From a virus, in the IMG/VR virus record IMGVR_UViG_3300045988_131275, positions 116,170 to 180,169 of that record: 64,000 nt of DNA; one strand, 5' to 3'. How positions within the stretch are numbered: position 1 is the stretch's first letter; every line of letters starts with the position of its first letter. Below the pieces are notes generated by a model. That model was not told the origin of the DNA and searched no databases. It was given only the letters and a program-made list of their open reading frames with translations. Shown here piece after piece: positions 32,535 to 42,183 of this stretch. Position numbers and translations under genes: made by a program.

Positions 32535-35303
32535 TTGAGTAAACATTTGACATCACAAAGATATGTATTTAAAATTCATTCTTCAAGACTTAGAAGAAAA
32601 AAATGGAATTTAAAATTGACACCAAATCAAGCAAGAGAAAATCAAGAGCTTATTGCTTTAAGCGAAAGTCAAATAATGAGATTTATTGATGAGATAAATA
32701 ATATCACAGATACAGAACTTAAAATTTCAAATATTAAATCTGAAATCAAGAAATTAAAATTTGAGAAAAATTTATCTATATCAAGACCTAAAATCAAGAA
32801 GTTATATAATGATTTAGATAAATATCAATTCAAAAAGGATTATGTGTGTGTTGTAATTGATAAGGTTAAAGATTTTGAATACATTTATAAACATGGCTTT
32901 AAAATCAACAATGTTACATATAGATGGTTACTTGGAACTACTGGTGGAGTAAAAAACAATACTGTAGTATTTGTAAATGAAAAATTACTACCTGAATTAA
33001 AAAAACGTATAGATAACGGTCGAAATTTACAAAAAGAATTTGCTCCTGCAAAACTTGAAGCTTATATTGCTCTGGTATGCAGCTCTTCTATTCCTGTATC
33101 AATGCCAAATGGGATCGTTGTTGTTCATGATTGTATTACAAAATTCAAATCAGATGTAATTGAATTAGATGATACTGGACTTGATCAACCAAGTATGAAA
33201 TTTATTAAAAATAAAGATGTAGAGCTAAACGATAGTGACGGATATGGACTTGCTATGCCATCTCTTATGGAACGTTGGGGATATGAAATCGGAGAAGATT
33301 TTTTATTACCTGGTTGTGTTATTAGAAATTCATTTTGTAAAGGTGCTGTATTTCCTATTGATTTTCAGAAGTTTGCACAAGATCATGGTTTTACAGAAAT
33401 AACAGATGTGTGGGGAAATACATATGACATTAATGAAATAGAACTCATTTTAACAGAGTCGATGCTAAAATTGTGGGACTCCTATTCTTCTCTTGAATCA
33501 TATCTTGAAAATTGTGAAAAGAATCATTACACATTTGCAATTACAAAAGCTTCGGAAGAAGAATTAGAAAATGTAAGAACAATGAATTACCAGTTTTTAC
33601 AAAGTTATGATTTTACAGATGAACAAATTGATGAATTAATCGCACCAACTGTAAATGAAATTAAAGAAATTTTAGATGATGATTATAGAAAAACAATATT
33701 ATACACAAAAGGTATAGGACTTAATGAGAAAAATATTCAACATTTAGATAGTTCATTTGCAACAGCATTGATGATTGAACCTGAAATGGCTAATGATCCA
33801 TTTATCAAATCCCAGATTCACTCCATGATTAGAAAGCGTATTGATGAAGCTAAAGTTGGGGTTTTAAAAGTTCCTGCAAATTATTCCTTAGTATCAGGAG
33901 ATCCGTATTCTCTATGTCAGTCCATGTTTGGAATGAAAGTTACTGGACTATTAAAAGCTGGACAAGTCTATTCTAAATATTGGATTGATAAAGGTGTTGA
34001 TAAAATTGTAAGTTTTCGTGCGCCAATGACCTCGCATAATAATATCAGGCTTCTTGAAGTTGTACATAATGAAACAATGGATGAATTTTATCAATATATG
34101 ACAACTCCTACTATTTTTAATAGTTGGGATACATGTGCGGAAGCGATGAATGGTTTTGATAAAGACGGAGATTGTGTAATTAATACTTCATTTGATCTAT
34201 TAGTAAAAAATACTAAACGATTACCTGCTATTGTATGTGTGCAAAGAAAAGCTCCAAAATGTATTCCTACAGATGATGATATTATGAGATCAAATATTAA
34301 TAGTTTTGGAAATGCCGTAGGTGGAGTAACAAATAAAATTACATCAATGTTTGAAGTTAAATCGAATTTCGCACAAGGAACAAGAGAATATAATTTGCTC
34401 GATTATAGAATCAAATGTGGTCAGTTATACCAGCAAAATGCGATTGATAAAACTAAAGGGATTGAGGCGAAACCAATGCCTGATAATTGGTATAACTGGA
34501 TTTCAAATAAACTTACAAAAGCAAAAGACTCTCACCAGAAAAAAGAATTTTGGATCAACCGAAAAATTATCGCAGATAAAAAGCCTTATTTTATGCAATA
34601 TATTTATCCATCAGAACGCATAGAATTAAATAATTATCGTAAGAAAAATAATGAAAAGTGTCTTATGAGATTTAGAATTTCTCTTGATGAATTAATGTAC
34701 AAAGAGAATAAATCAAGAGAAGAAAATAAATTTATTAAGTGTTATTATGATCGAATGCCACTCGGTATGGGTAAATGTACAATTAATAAAATTTGTTGGA
34801 GAATTGAAGAAAAGTTTGATAACCTTGTTTACTCTTCTAATGAAAATTTTGATTATTCTATTATGAAGAGTAATGTAACATATTCGGATGCGGTGTATAA
34901 GAAAATTAAAAAAATATATGAAACTTATAGAAAAGAAATATCTAGTTACATGCAATATGCTAAATCCGAAAGGCTTAAATCAGATGAACGTCAAATTCAA
35001 AAATATATACTAAAAGAACAATTTAAAGAAAAATGCCTATTAGAGTGTCCTAATGAAGATGAGTTATGTAATATTGTTTTAGATTTATGTTATTCAAAAT
35101 CTAAATATAGTAAACAATTTGCATGGGATATTTGTGGTGAAGTATTTATACAGAATTTATTAAGACGTAAGAATTATAAAATCTCATATCCAACACTTGA
35201 TGATAATGGAAATATTGAGTATTTAGGCATGAAATTTTCTATGAAAGAAACTGAAATTAAAGTAAATGTAGATTTGGAGGACAATGAATGCCAGTTGTAT
35301 TAA
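32535..35303 (+). CDS. YonO / cellular-RdRP-like single-subunit (two double-psi beta-barrel) RNA polymerase
   Basis: Collinear signature blocks: VTYRWLLGTTGGVKNNTVVFV, NDSDGYGLAMPSL, VSFRAPMTSHNNIRLLEVV and FDKDGD (DxDGD metal site, nt 34158-34172). TTG start after GGAGGT. Confidence 0.7.
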   Translation: MSKHLTSQRYVFKIHSSRLRRKKWNLKLTPNQARENQELIALSESQIMRFIDEINNITDTELKISNIKSEIKKLKFEKNLSISRPKIKKLYNDLDKYQFKKDYVCVVIDKVKDFEYIYKHGFKINNVTYRWLLGTTGGVKNNTVVFVNEKLLPELKKRIDNGRNLQKEFAPAKLEAYIALVCSSSIPVSMPNGIVVVHDCITKFKSDVIELDDTGLDQPSMKFIKNKDVELNDSDGYGLAMPSLMERWGYEIGEDFLLPGCVIRNSFCKGAVFPIDFQKFAQDHGFTEITDVWGNTYDINEIELILTESMLKLWDSYSSLESYLENCEKNHYTFAITKASEEELENVRTMNYQFLQSYDFTDEQIDELIAPTVNEIKEILDDDYRKTILYTKGIGLNEKNIQHLDSSFATALMIEPEMANDPFIKSQIHSMIRKRIDEAKVGVLKVPANYSLVSGDPYSLCQSMFGMKVTGLLKAGQVYSKYWIDKGVDKIVSFRAPMTSHNNIRLLEVVHNETMDEFYQYMTTPTIFNSWDTCAEAMNGFDKDGDCVINTSFDLLVKNTKRLPAIVCVQRKAPKCIPTDDDIMRSNINSFGNAVGGVTNKITSMFEVKSNFAQGTREYNLLDYRIKCGQLYQQNAIDKTKGIEAKPMPDNWYNWISNKLTKAKDSHQKKEFWINRKIIADKKPYFMQYIYPSERIELNNYRKKNNEKCLMRFRISLDELMYKENKSREENKFIKCYYDRMPLGMGKCTINKICWRIEEKFDNLVYSSNENFDYSIMKSNVTYSDAVYKKIKKIYETYRKEISSYMQYAKSERLKSDERQIQKYILKEQFKEKCLLECPNEDELCNIVLDLCYSKSKYSKQFAWDICGEVFIQNLLRRKNYKISYPTLDDNGNIEYLGMKFSMKETEIKVNVDLEDNECQLY

Positions 35304-36040
35304 ATGAAATAAAACAAGCAGAAACAATATTAGAGAAAGGGGAAGTTGGTAATAAACCAACTTCCACCTTATTCTTACTATCTAAATATTATCGTCAAAA
35401 ATTAAAATTATCCGAGAATAAAACTTCTGAAAAACTTAATGAGTTTATGGATAACAATTATAAAAATTATAATCCTGTATTATGGGAAGATATAATTGAA
35501 GATATTTCTCGAAAAGGCAAAAAATATGAATTAAGGAATATTGAGCATATTGGAATTACTCAATCTGAATTAGATACTATTGAATCTACAAAAACGAAGA
35601 ATCATAAAAAATTACTATTTACAATGTTATGTTTTGCAAAATTATACAATATTATATCTATAAATAACAATAATTGGATCAATTCAGATATAAAAGAAAT
35701 ATTTAAAACTGCAAGAGTGATCGTTAAACATAGAGATGATAAATTCTTATTGCTAAATGATTTGGAATCGAATGGTTATATTTCTTTTTCTAGTAAGAAT
35801 GATAATCTTAATATGAAAATTAATTTTATTGATAATGTTAATGATTCAATATTATATATTACTGATTTTAGAGAATTAGGGTATGAATATCTTAATTATA
35901 CAAAAGATGGTAATTTTACAAGATGTAAAATTTGTAACAGATTAATAAGAAAAACAAGTAAAAATATTCAGTATTGTGCAGAATGTAAAGAAGATAAACG
36001 GCTTGAGACAAAAAGAAAATGGTGGAGTAATAAAGAATAA
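35288..36040 (+). CDS. hypothetical protein with C-terminal zinc ribbon
   Basis: ORF track. CKICNRLIRKTSKNIQYCAECK. Overlaps the end of the RNAP gene. Confidence 0.6.
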   Translation: MPVVLNEIKQAETILEKGEVGNKPTSTLFLLSKYYRQKLKLSENKTSEKLNEFMDNNYKNYNPVLWEDIIEDISRKGKKYELRNIEHIGITQSELDTIESTKTKNHKKLLFTMLCFAKLYNIISINNNNWINSDIKEIFKTARVIVKHRDDKFLLLNDLESNGYISFSSKNDNLNMKINFIDNVNDSILYITDFRELGYEYLNYTKDGNFTRCKICNRLIRKTSKNIQYCAECKEDKRLETKRKWWSNKE

Positions 36041-36222
36041 TTTGTAAAAATAATTTATGCACTAGACTTTTTTAAATGTCCGCAAACCCAGTATTTACAA
36101 GGGTTTCCGACACTATTGCCAATTTTCTTATTATGTAATAGATATATACGTGGATACATTGAAAATACAATGAAAGACGAAATATTTTAATAAAATAATC
36201 AATCAAAAAGGAGAATCAGTAC

Positions 36223-36834
36223 ATGATTTTAAAAGAATCATATCGCTATCAGAACTTTCTTACAAATCTTATTAGCAGCGCACAGACATATCTTGGAAAT
36301 GTATCATTCGTCATGACAACAACTCAAAAGCATATGAAAAGCAAAGCTAATCCAGAAGCATCTGATGATGATTTGGAAGTTCCAAAATCTTATAATGTAG
36401 ATTTTACGCCAACTCAACTGGTGGATTTTCTTATGGATGCAATTCAAGAAAAACAAAAGTTGTCTGATGCTATCACAGAAGCTAAGAAAAATACTGAAAT
36501 TGATTTAGATTCTTCTTATGCCATGAATAAAACAAAACAAAGTCTTGCTAAAGTTTTCAAGACAATGGCTGGCAGAAAAGCTACTGATACTGAAAAGCAA
36601 GGTCGAGATTATAGATTCAATGTCAATCAAGAGCAGGTTGCTTATACATACACTATCAAAGAAGTTACTCAACTGGATTATGATAGAAATGTAGTTAAAG
36701 CACTTGCAAAGAAATTAGCAAAAGAAACAGATGAAGTTTCAACTAAACTTGATCAGCTTGAGCTTACTACTCTTGTTAATCATGAACCAAAGTATGATAT
36801 GAATGATACATTAGAGGATATTGTGGTGAAGTAA
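36223..36834 (+). CDS. hypothetical protein
   Basis: ORF track. AAGGAGAA SD. Confidence 0.6.
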   Translation: MILKESYRYQNFLTNLISSAQTYLGNVSFVMTTTQKHMKSKANPEASDDDLEVPKSYNVDFTPTQLVDFLMDAIQEKQKLSDAITEAKKNTEIDLDSSYAMNKTKQSLAKVFKTMAGRKATDTEKQGRDYRFNVNQEQVAYTYTIKEVTQLDYDRNVVKALAKKLAKETDEVSTKLDQLELTTLVNHEPKYDMNDTLEDIVVK

Positions 36835-36842
36835 AATTCACC

Positions 36843-36856
36843 ACTACTCTTCTATT
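36843..36856 (+). repeat. ACTACTCTTCTATT copy of the dispersed intergenic motif
   Basis: Follows hairpin GTGGTGAA (36823-36830) / TTCACCAC (36837-36844) right after the stop of 36223..36834. Confidence 0.4.
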
Positions 36857-37459
36857 CGGATATTCACAAGAGACTAAGATTGATTTATGATGGTCAATCG
36901 GTTCAGATGCAGATGAACTGTGATGCTGCGAGGTAGGATGATAATACCAGAATTATCATAATTAAAATCTAAAAAAAGAATATGTCATACATATTATTAT
37001 AGATATTATTGGGTAAGTATAATTTATACTTAACATTGGAAAAATTCAAGATGATTCGTTAATCAACATTACGTTTCATTAATGCGAAAATGCAAGATTT
37101 TATTATTTCGGTATTTCAACAATTTGTAAATTTGATAAAACAATATACGTTTCGCTAATATTAATTCTTAAAAGAATATATCGGGCGAAAAGCCTAAACA
37201 TATAAAGGAACGAATTATTCAAATTCGATTGAAACATTTGTGTTTCAGATGAAAATTAAAAGATTTTGTGCAATTTTTGTACAGATTTTTAGCAAATTGG
37301 TTGAGATTATGAAGAAATCTTAGTCTGTTATGAATATTTGAATAAAAATACAGTTATAATTAGTTTGGAGACTAATTGGTATAATAATTGGCGGTTGCAC
37401 TATTATTTCCCCTTTCTTTAAAATGGTGTGATCGCTGATTTTCTGTTTATAAAAAATAA

Positions 37460-37533
37460 TGCAGAGTGGAGCAGTCTGGAAGCTCGTCTGGCTCATACCC
37501 AGAAGGTCATAGGTTCAAATCCTATCTCTGCTA
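37460..37533 (+). tRNA. tRNA-Met (anticodon CAU) with initiator-like features
   Basis: Cloverleaf: acceptor (U)GCAGAG/CUCUGC(U), U8, D stem GAGC/GCUC, anticodon arm UCUGG-CUCAUAC-CCAGA, T arm AUAGG-UUCAAAU-CCUAU, A73. No encoded CCA. U1xU72 mismatch and A11:U24. Confidence 0.8.
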
Positions 37534-37546
37534 TTACTCTCCTACT
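37533..37546 (+). repeat. ATTACTCTCCTACT copy of the dispersed motif abutting the tRNA 3' end
   Basis: TCTCC pairs with GGAGA 5 nt downstream (37547-37551). Confidence 0.35.
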
Positions 37547-37602
37547 TGGAGAAATAAATGCAAAGGACGTGAATTGTTATAAAAGCAATTAGTAAAAAAG
37601 AA

Positions 37603-37758
37603 ATGGAATATCTTATGAAGAAAGGTTTTAAATTTCATGAAGATATTTTTAAGACATATAGTGGTAAGAATAAATACTACTATAGAGAATGTAATGCTAT
37701 TAATAAGGCATTAGATGATTACCATAATGGATTAAATGTTGTGGAATATGTTAAGTAA
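37603..37758 (+). CDS. small hypothetical protein (51 aa)
   Basis: Not in track. MEYLMKKGFKFHEDIFKTYSGKNKYYYRECNAINKALDDYHNGLNVVEYVK. Weak SD. Confidence 0.35.
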   Translation: MEYLMKKGFKFHEDIFKTYSGKNKYYYRECNAINKALDDYHNGLNVVEYVK

Positions 37759-37793
37759 TTAAGAAACAAAAATATATTATGAAAGGTGGTAAA

Positions 37794-38041
37794 ATGCCAT
37801 CAGTACTTATTTTTACGATACAAATGCTCTGCTATTATTACAGAAAGATGTATTAAAAGAAAAATTTTATATTAGTTCTACATCACTTCAAGAACTAGAA
37901 CACATCAAAGTCTCACGTAACAAAGAAGAACAAGTTAAATATGCAGCACGTAAAATTCTACATATACTTGATGAAAACGAATCTTCATACGGTGTTATCG
38001 TTACCGATTCTAAGATTATAGATATTATCAATCAACATGGA
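37794..38041 (+). pseudogene. PIN-domain portion of a PIN-PhoH gene, out of frame with its ATG (1-nt discrepancy in a T5 run)
   Basis: AAAGGTGG SD, then ATG at 37794. The PIN-like frame (YFYDTNALLLLQKDV...SLQELEHIK..) is continuous with PhoH but has no start. One extra T at 37810-37814 would fuse ATG, PIN and PhoH. Confidence 0.55.
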
Positions 38042-39025
38042 TTGGAAAATACACCAGATAATCAAATATGTGCGTGTGCTTCGACAATTGAAGATGTCAT
38101 TTTTATTACAAATGACATTGCATGTAAATCAATTGCAAGACACATCTTTGGATTAAGAACAGAAACAGTTAAAGAAGAAGAAAAAGATTTATATACTGGT
38201 TTTATTGAAACGTCATTATCTGAAACAGAAATGGCTTATTTTTATGAACATTTACAAGAAAATATTTATGATTTATTAGACAATCAATATCTTGTATTAA
38301 AAGATAATGATAATAAAATTGTGGATATTATGGTTTGGCGTGATGAAATGTATCAGAATGTTAAATTCCCTACAATTCGTTCAAACTATTTTGGAAATGT
38401 AAAACCTTTAAATGGTGATGTTTTTCAACAAATGGCTTTAAATAGTTTTAGTAATAATCAAATTACTATGATTAAAGGCGCAGCTGGTACAGGAAAATCA
38501 TATTTAGCTGTTGGATATTTAATGTGGTTATTAGAGAAACGAAAAATCGAAAAAATTATTGTATTTTGTAATACTGTTGCTACTGCTAATTCTGCAAAGC
38601 TTGGGTATTACCCAGGGACAAAGGATGAGAAGTTGTTAGATTCATCAATCGGTAACATGTTATCTGCTAAACTTGGGGACAGTTTTGGACTTGAAGAAAT
38701 GATGGCAAAAGGCAGAATCCAACTCTTGCCAATGTCTGACATTAGAGGTTTTGATACTAATGGAATGTGTGCAGGTATTTATATTACAGAAGCGCAAAAC
38801 ATGGATATATCATTAATGAAACTTGCCTTACAAAGAATTGGAGAAGACTCAATTTGTATCATAGATGGTGATTACAACGCACAAGTTGATTTATCTCAAT
38901 ATGCAGGTTCTAATAATGGTATGCGTAGAATGTCAGAAGTTTTTAGAGGTCAAGACTTCTACGGAGAAGTAGAATTGCAAAATATTTATAGAAGCAAAAT
39001 TGCGAAAATCGCTGAAAATATGTGA
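38042..39025 (+). CDS. phoH: PhoH-like ATPase domain (C-terminal part of a PIN-PhoH/YlaK-like protein)
   Basis: Walker A MIKGAAGTGKSYLA, Walker B-like ICIIDGDYNAQVDL. The same frame is open upstream to 37794. Confidence 0.8.
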   Translation: MENTPDNQICACASTIEDVIFITNDIACKSIARHIFGLRTETVKEEEKDLYTGFIETSLSETEMAYFYEHLQENIYDLLDNQYLVLKDNDNKIVDIMVWRDEMYQNVKFPTIRSNYFGNVKPLNGDVFQQMALNSFSNNQITMIKGAAGTGKSYLAVGYLMWLLEKRKIEKIIVFCNTVATANSAKLGYYPGTKDEKLLDSSIGNMLSAKLGDSFGLEEMMAKGRIQLLPMSDIRGFDTNGMCAGIYITEAQNMDISLMKLALQRIGEDSICIIDGDYNAQVDLSQYAGSNNGMRRMSEVFRGQDFYGEVELQNIYRSKIAKIAENM

Positions 39026-39060
39026 TTAAAAATATTACGAAAATCGAGGTATTATAGCCT

Positions 39061-39690
39061 ATGAATAAAAGAAATATGGAATTATCGGATAAAGAATATG
39101 ATGAACTTGCTGAAAAATTAGATGCGGAGCAGGTCATTCTTGAAGATACGGATTTGATTAATAATCAATTTGAAAATCTTCTAAAGCATAGAATTATTCT
39201 TATTAACGACATTATTAGTAACCTTACAATTGATAAAATTGTTATGCCACTGTTACAGATGGATAATGACGGAACAGGTGAGAAAATTACTATTTATCTG
39301 AATAGTAATGGCGGATCTACATTTGACGGGTTGGTCTTATGTAATATTATTGAAAGATTAAAAACACCAACGGAAGTTATTGTGCTTGGATATGCATATT
39401 CTATGGGAAGTATTATTCTCATGTCTGGTAAAAACAATCCAAACGTAACTAGAAAATGTTATCCATTTAGTACAGCTCTTATTCATGGTGGTTCTGCTTA
39501 TATTGGTGGAACTTCCAGTCAAGTAAAAGATTATTTTAAATTCAATGAAAAATTTGAGAAACGTATTGCAGATTTTATTGTATCACATACAAATCTCTCA
39601 GAAGATGACTATGCCGCTATCGAGAGATATGAAGCATATATGGATTCTGATGAAATGTTAGAAAAAGGTTTAGTAGACGAAATTATCTAG
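39061..39690 (+). CDS. ClpP-family serine protease
   Basis: ITIYLNSNGGSTFDGL, GYAYSMGSIIL (Ser) and ALIHGG (His) are collinear with ClpP (INSPGG...G.AaSmg...imiHQP). Confidence 0.75.
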   Translation: MNKRNMELSDKEYDELAEKLDAEQVILEDTDLINNQFENLLKHRIILINDIISNLTIDKIVMPLLQMDNDGTGEKITIYLNSNGGSTFDGLVLCNIIERLKTPTEVIVLGYAYSMGSIILMSGKNNPNVTRKCYPFSTALIHGGSAYIGGTSSQVKDYFKFNEKFEKRIADFIVSHTNLSEDDYAAIERYEAYMDSDEMLEKGLVDEII

Positions 39691-39720
39691 GAAGAGTGGT
39701 TATTACTACTCTTCTATTTT
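39691..39720 (+). terminator. intrinsic terminator containing motif copy ACTACTCTTCTATT (39705-39718)
   Basis: GAAGAGTGGT (39691-39700) / ACTACTCTTC (39705-39714), loop TATT, then TATTTTT. Confidence 0.65.
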
Positions 39721-39753
39721 TATGAAAATATATAGATTCAAGGAGAAGAAAAC

Positions 39754-39954
39754 ATGATCAAGATAAACGAAACACCAGAAAAATTAAATCCACGCAAAAT
39801 TAATATCCAGCTTAAAAATATTTCTTTAAAAGATCTTCACTTAATCGACACTGATACAGGTGAAGATGTGACTCAGGAAGTAATTGATACTCTTCCAGAA
39901 GGAACAGAAACAATTGATTTTAAAATCACTAAAGATATTCCAGAAGAAGAATAA
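39754..39954 (+). CDS. hypothetical acidic protein
   Basis: ORF track. AAGGAGAAG SD. Confidence 0.6.
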   Translation: MIKINETPEKLNPRKINIQLKNISLKDLHLIDTDTGEDVTQEVIDTLPEGTETIDFKITKDIPEEE

Positions 39955-39959
39955 GTTGG

Positions 39960-41177
39960 GTGGTGGATGATATAAAGTCATATAAAAGATTAGACGGTGA
40001 AACACCAGAAGAATTAATTTATAGAGTATGTTCCGATAAGGATTCTATCGGATCTTGGAATGATGTTGCTGTAATTTTGAATACATTATTAAATCAAGAT
40101 TATGGAGAATCTACATACCGTAAAAAATTTCAAGCATTTAATAAAATGTTAACTGCAAATAGAAAGAAATTTTATGATTCAAGTAAACAGTTAGATGAAT
40201 TGAATAAGAAAATTAAAGAATATCGTCAAGAACAGATTAAACTTCAAACTCTTAATATTGAAAGAAATCGTTTAGATAGAAGTGAATCTCGACAAGAACT
40301 GTATTATCAATATGTTGGAAATGTTATTAATACACTACCATTACCAGAATTTAAAGATATTATAAGTTATGAAGACAATGGTTCTCGTGAATATATTCTA
40401 AATCTCAGCGACTTGCATTACGGTGCTTCATTCGTAAGCGAAAATAATATTTATTCACCAGAAATCACAAGAGAAAGATTATTCTATCTTACATCTTATA
40501 TGATTGATTTTATTAAATCACATAAGCTACATAAATTACATGTTTTATGTACAGGTGATGTATTACAAGGACTTATTCATTTAACTGATCTAAAAATAAA
40601 CGATAGTACAGTCGTAAAATCATGTGTGGAAATTTGTAGATTGATTGCACAAATGTTAAATACATTATCTGCTTATGTACAGATTGAATATTATCATACA
40701 CCATCAGCTAATCATACACAGATACGTGCATTAGGTGCGAAAGCAAATGAGTTAATGGATGAAGATATGGAATATCTGATTGGAAATTATATTAAAGATT
40801 TATGTGCCAATAACAATCGTATTATTGTTCATCTTGCAGAAGAAGGAAAACAATATGTAGCATTTAGTATCAATGAGTATAATATTGTTGCCATGCATGG
40901 ACACCAGATTAAAAACATTGAATCAGCAATTAAAGATATTTCTATGATGCGTAGAGAATTTGTAGATATTTTAATTTTAGGACATTATCACGCAGGAAAA
41001 CAAATAACTGTTGGTGAAGGATGTTGTGCAGATTGTGAAGTACTAATTAATCCATCATTTGTAGGAAGTGATCCATATTCTGATTCACTGATGAAAGGTA
41101 GCAAGGCTGCTGTAAATATATATGGTATACACAAAATCTACGGACATGATGAAACGCACAAAGTAATTTTAAATTAG
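39960..41177 (+). CDS. calcineurin-like metallophosphoesterase
   Basis: LSDLHYG, CTGDVLQG, VAMHGHQ and LGHYHAG motifs in the canonical order. GTG start. N-terminal ~130 aa is coiled-coil-like. Confidence 0.7.
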   Translation: MVDDIKSYKRLDGETPEELIYRVCSDKDSIGSWNDVAVILNTLLNQDYGESTYRKKFQAFNKMLTANRKKFYDSSKQLDELNKKIKEYRQEQIKLQTLNIERNRLDRSESRQELYYQYVGNVINTLPLPEFKDIISYEDNGSREYILNLSDLHYGASFVSENNIYSPEITRERLFYLTSYMIDFIKSHKLHKLHVLCTGDVLQGLIHLTDLKINDSTVVKSCVEICRLIAQMLNTLSAYVQIEYYHTPSANHTQIRALGAKANELMDEDMEYLIGNYIKDLCANNNRIIVHLAEEGKQYVAFSINEYNIVAMHGHQIKNIESAIKDISMMRREFVDILILGHYHAGKQITVGEGCCADCEVLINPSFVGSDPYSDSLMKGSKAAVNIYGIHKIYGHDETHKVILN

Positions 41178-41234
41178 TATTGAGCTAGATTATTTTTCTA
41201 GTACAGACCAATTTGTAATTGGATTAATTGACAT

Positions 41235-41262
41235 GGAGAGTACGCCGCTACTCTCCTATTTT
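41235..41262 (+). terminator. intrinsic terminator containing motif copy CTACTCTCCTATT (41248-41260)
   Basis: GGAGAGTA (41235-41242) / TACTCTCC (41249-41256), loop CGCCGC, then TATTTTA. Confidence 0.6.
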
Positions 41263-41294
41263 AGTATAAATATATAGAAGAAAGAGGTTTAAAA

Positions 41295-41570
41295 ATGACA
41301 AAAATTGAATTTGTAGATGCAGTCGCAAAAGAAACAGAATGGACAAAGAAAGATTCTGAGGAAGCTATTAATGCTGTGGTTAAAGTAATCACCAATGCTT
41401 TAGTAGCAGGTGAGAAACTTTCTATTGTTGGATTTGGAACATTTGAAGTTGTTGAAAGAGCAGCAAGAGAAGGGCGCAATCCTCAAACTGGCGAATCGCT
41501 TATGATCAAAGCGTGTAAAACAGCAAAGTTTAAACCAGGTAAAGCCTTCAAGGAACTTATCAATGCGTAA
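41295..41570 (+). CDS. hup: HU/IHF-family histone-like DNA-binding protein
   Basis: MTKIEFVDAVAKET...GEKLSIVGFGTFEVVERAAREGRNPQTGESLMIKACKTAKFKPGKAFKE is a near-textbook HU sequence. Confidence 0.9.
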   Translation: MTKIEFVDAVAKETEWTKKDSEEAINAVVKVITNALVAGEKLSIVGFGTFEVVERAAREGRNPQTGESLMIKACKTAKFKPGKAFKELINA

Positions 41571-41586
41571 TAAGAGGGCTGATTAT

Positions 41587-42183
41587 ATGAATAAAATTCC
41601 AACTATTTGTTTTGAAGATATTTATGAATTTTGTGAATCTATGGATTCTGAATTTAATAGACGATATTATGCATCTAAGTCAGATGAATCTGTAGATATT
41701 TCAATCTTTGCAAAATATGACAATGCAAGAAAAATCATTAATCTTCTTACTGACTATGATTATGAGCTTGCTAATATAAATTTTCATGATCCTGAGATTG
41801 ATGGATATGAAGATGAATTTATAATTACGTTATGCGCAAAAATCAGTAATCATGATACACCTGAAATCTGGGTTGAGCCTGCTAAACGAAAAGACGGTTA
41901 TCTTCTGAATGAAGCAGATGCAACTTATATTTTTGACGAATGTAATAGAGCACTTTTACCACAAGTAGAAACTGATAAGACTTACTTTGTTGAGTTAAAA
42001 GAAGATATTGACGATGAATATGATGATTTCGCAGATGACTTAGAATTAGGTAATTGTTACGATTGCTGTTACCATCATGATTGCATAGATTGTGATATGG
42101 ATGACGAAGAATATGTAAATGTGACTCTTCCTAAAGAAGATATTGAAACTTTACATATGCTTTGTCGTATTTTCAAAGTGTAA
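41587..42183 (+). CDS. hypothetical acidic protein
   Basis: ORF track 41563..42183. ATG at 41587 (MNKIPTICF). Confidence 0.55.
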   Translation: MNKIPTICFEDIYEFCESMDSEFNRRYYASKSDESVDISIFAKYDNARKIINLLTDYDYELANINFHDPEIDGYEDEFIITLCAKISNHDTPEIWVEPAKRKDGYLLNEADATYIFDECNRALLPQVETDKTYFVELKEDIDDEYDDFADDLELGNCYDCCYHHDCIDCDMDDEEYVNVTLPKEDIETLHMLCRIFKV

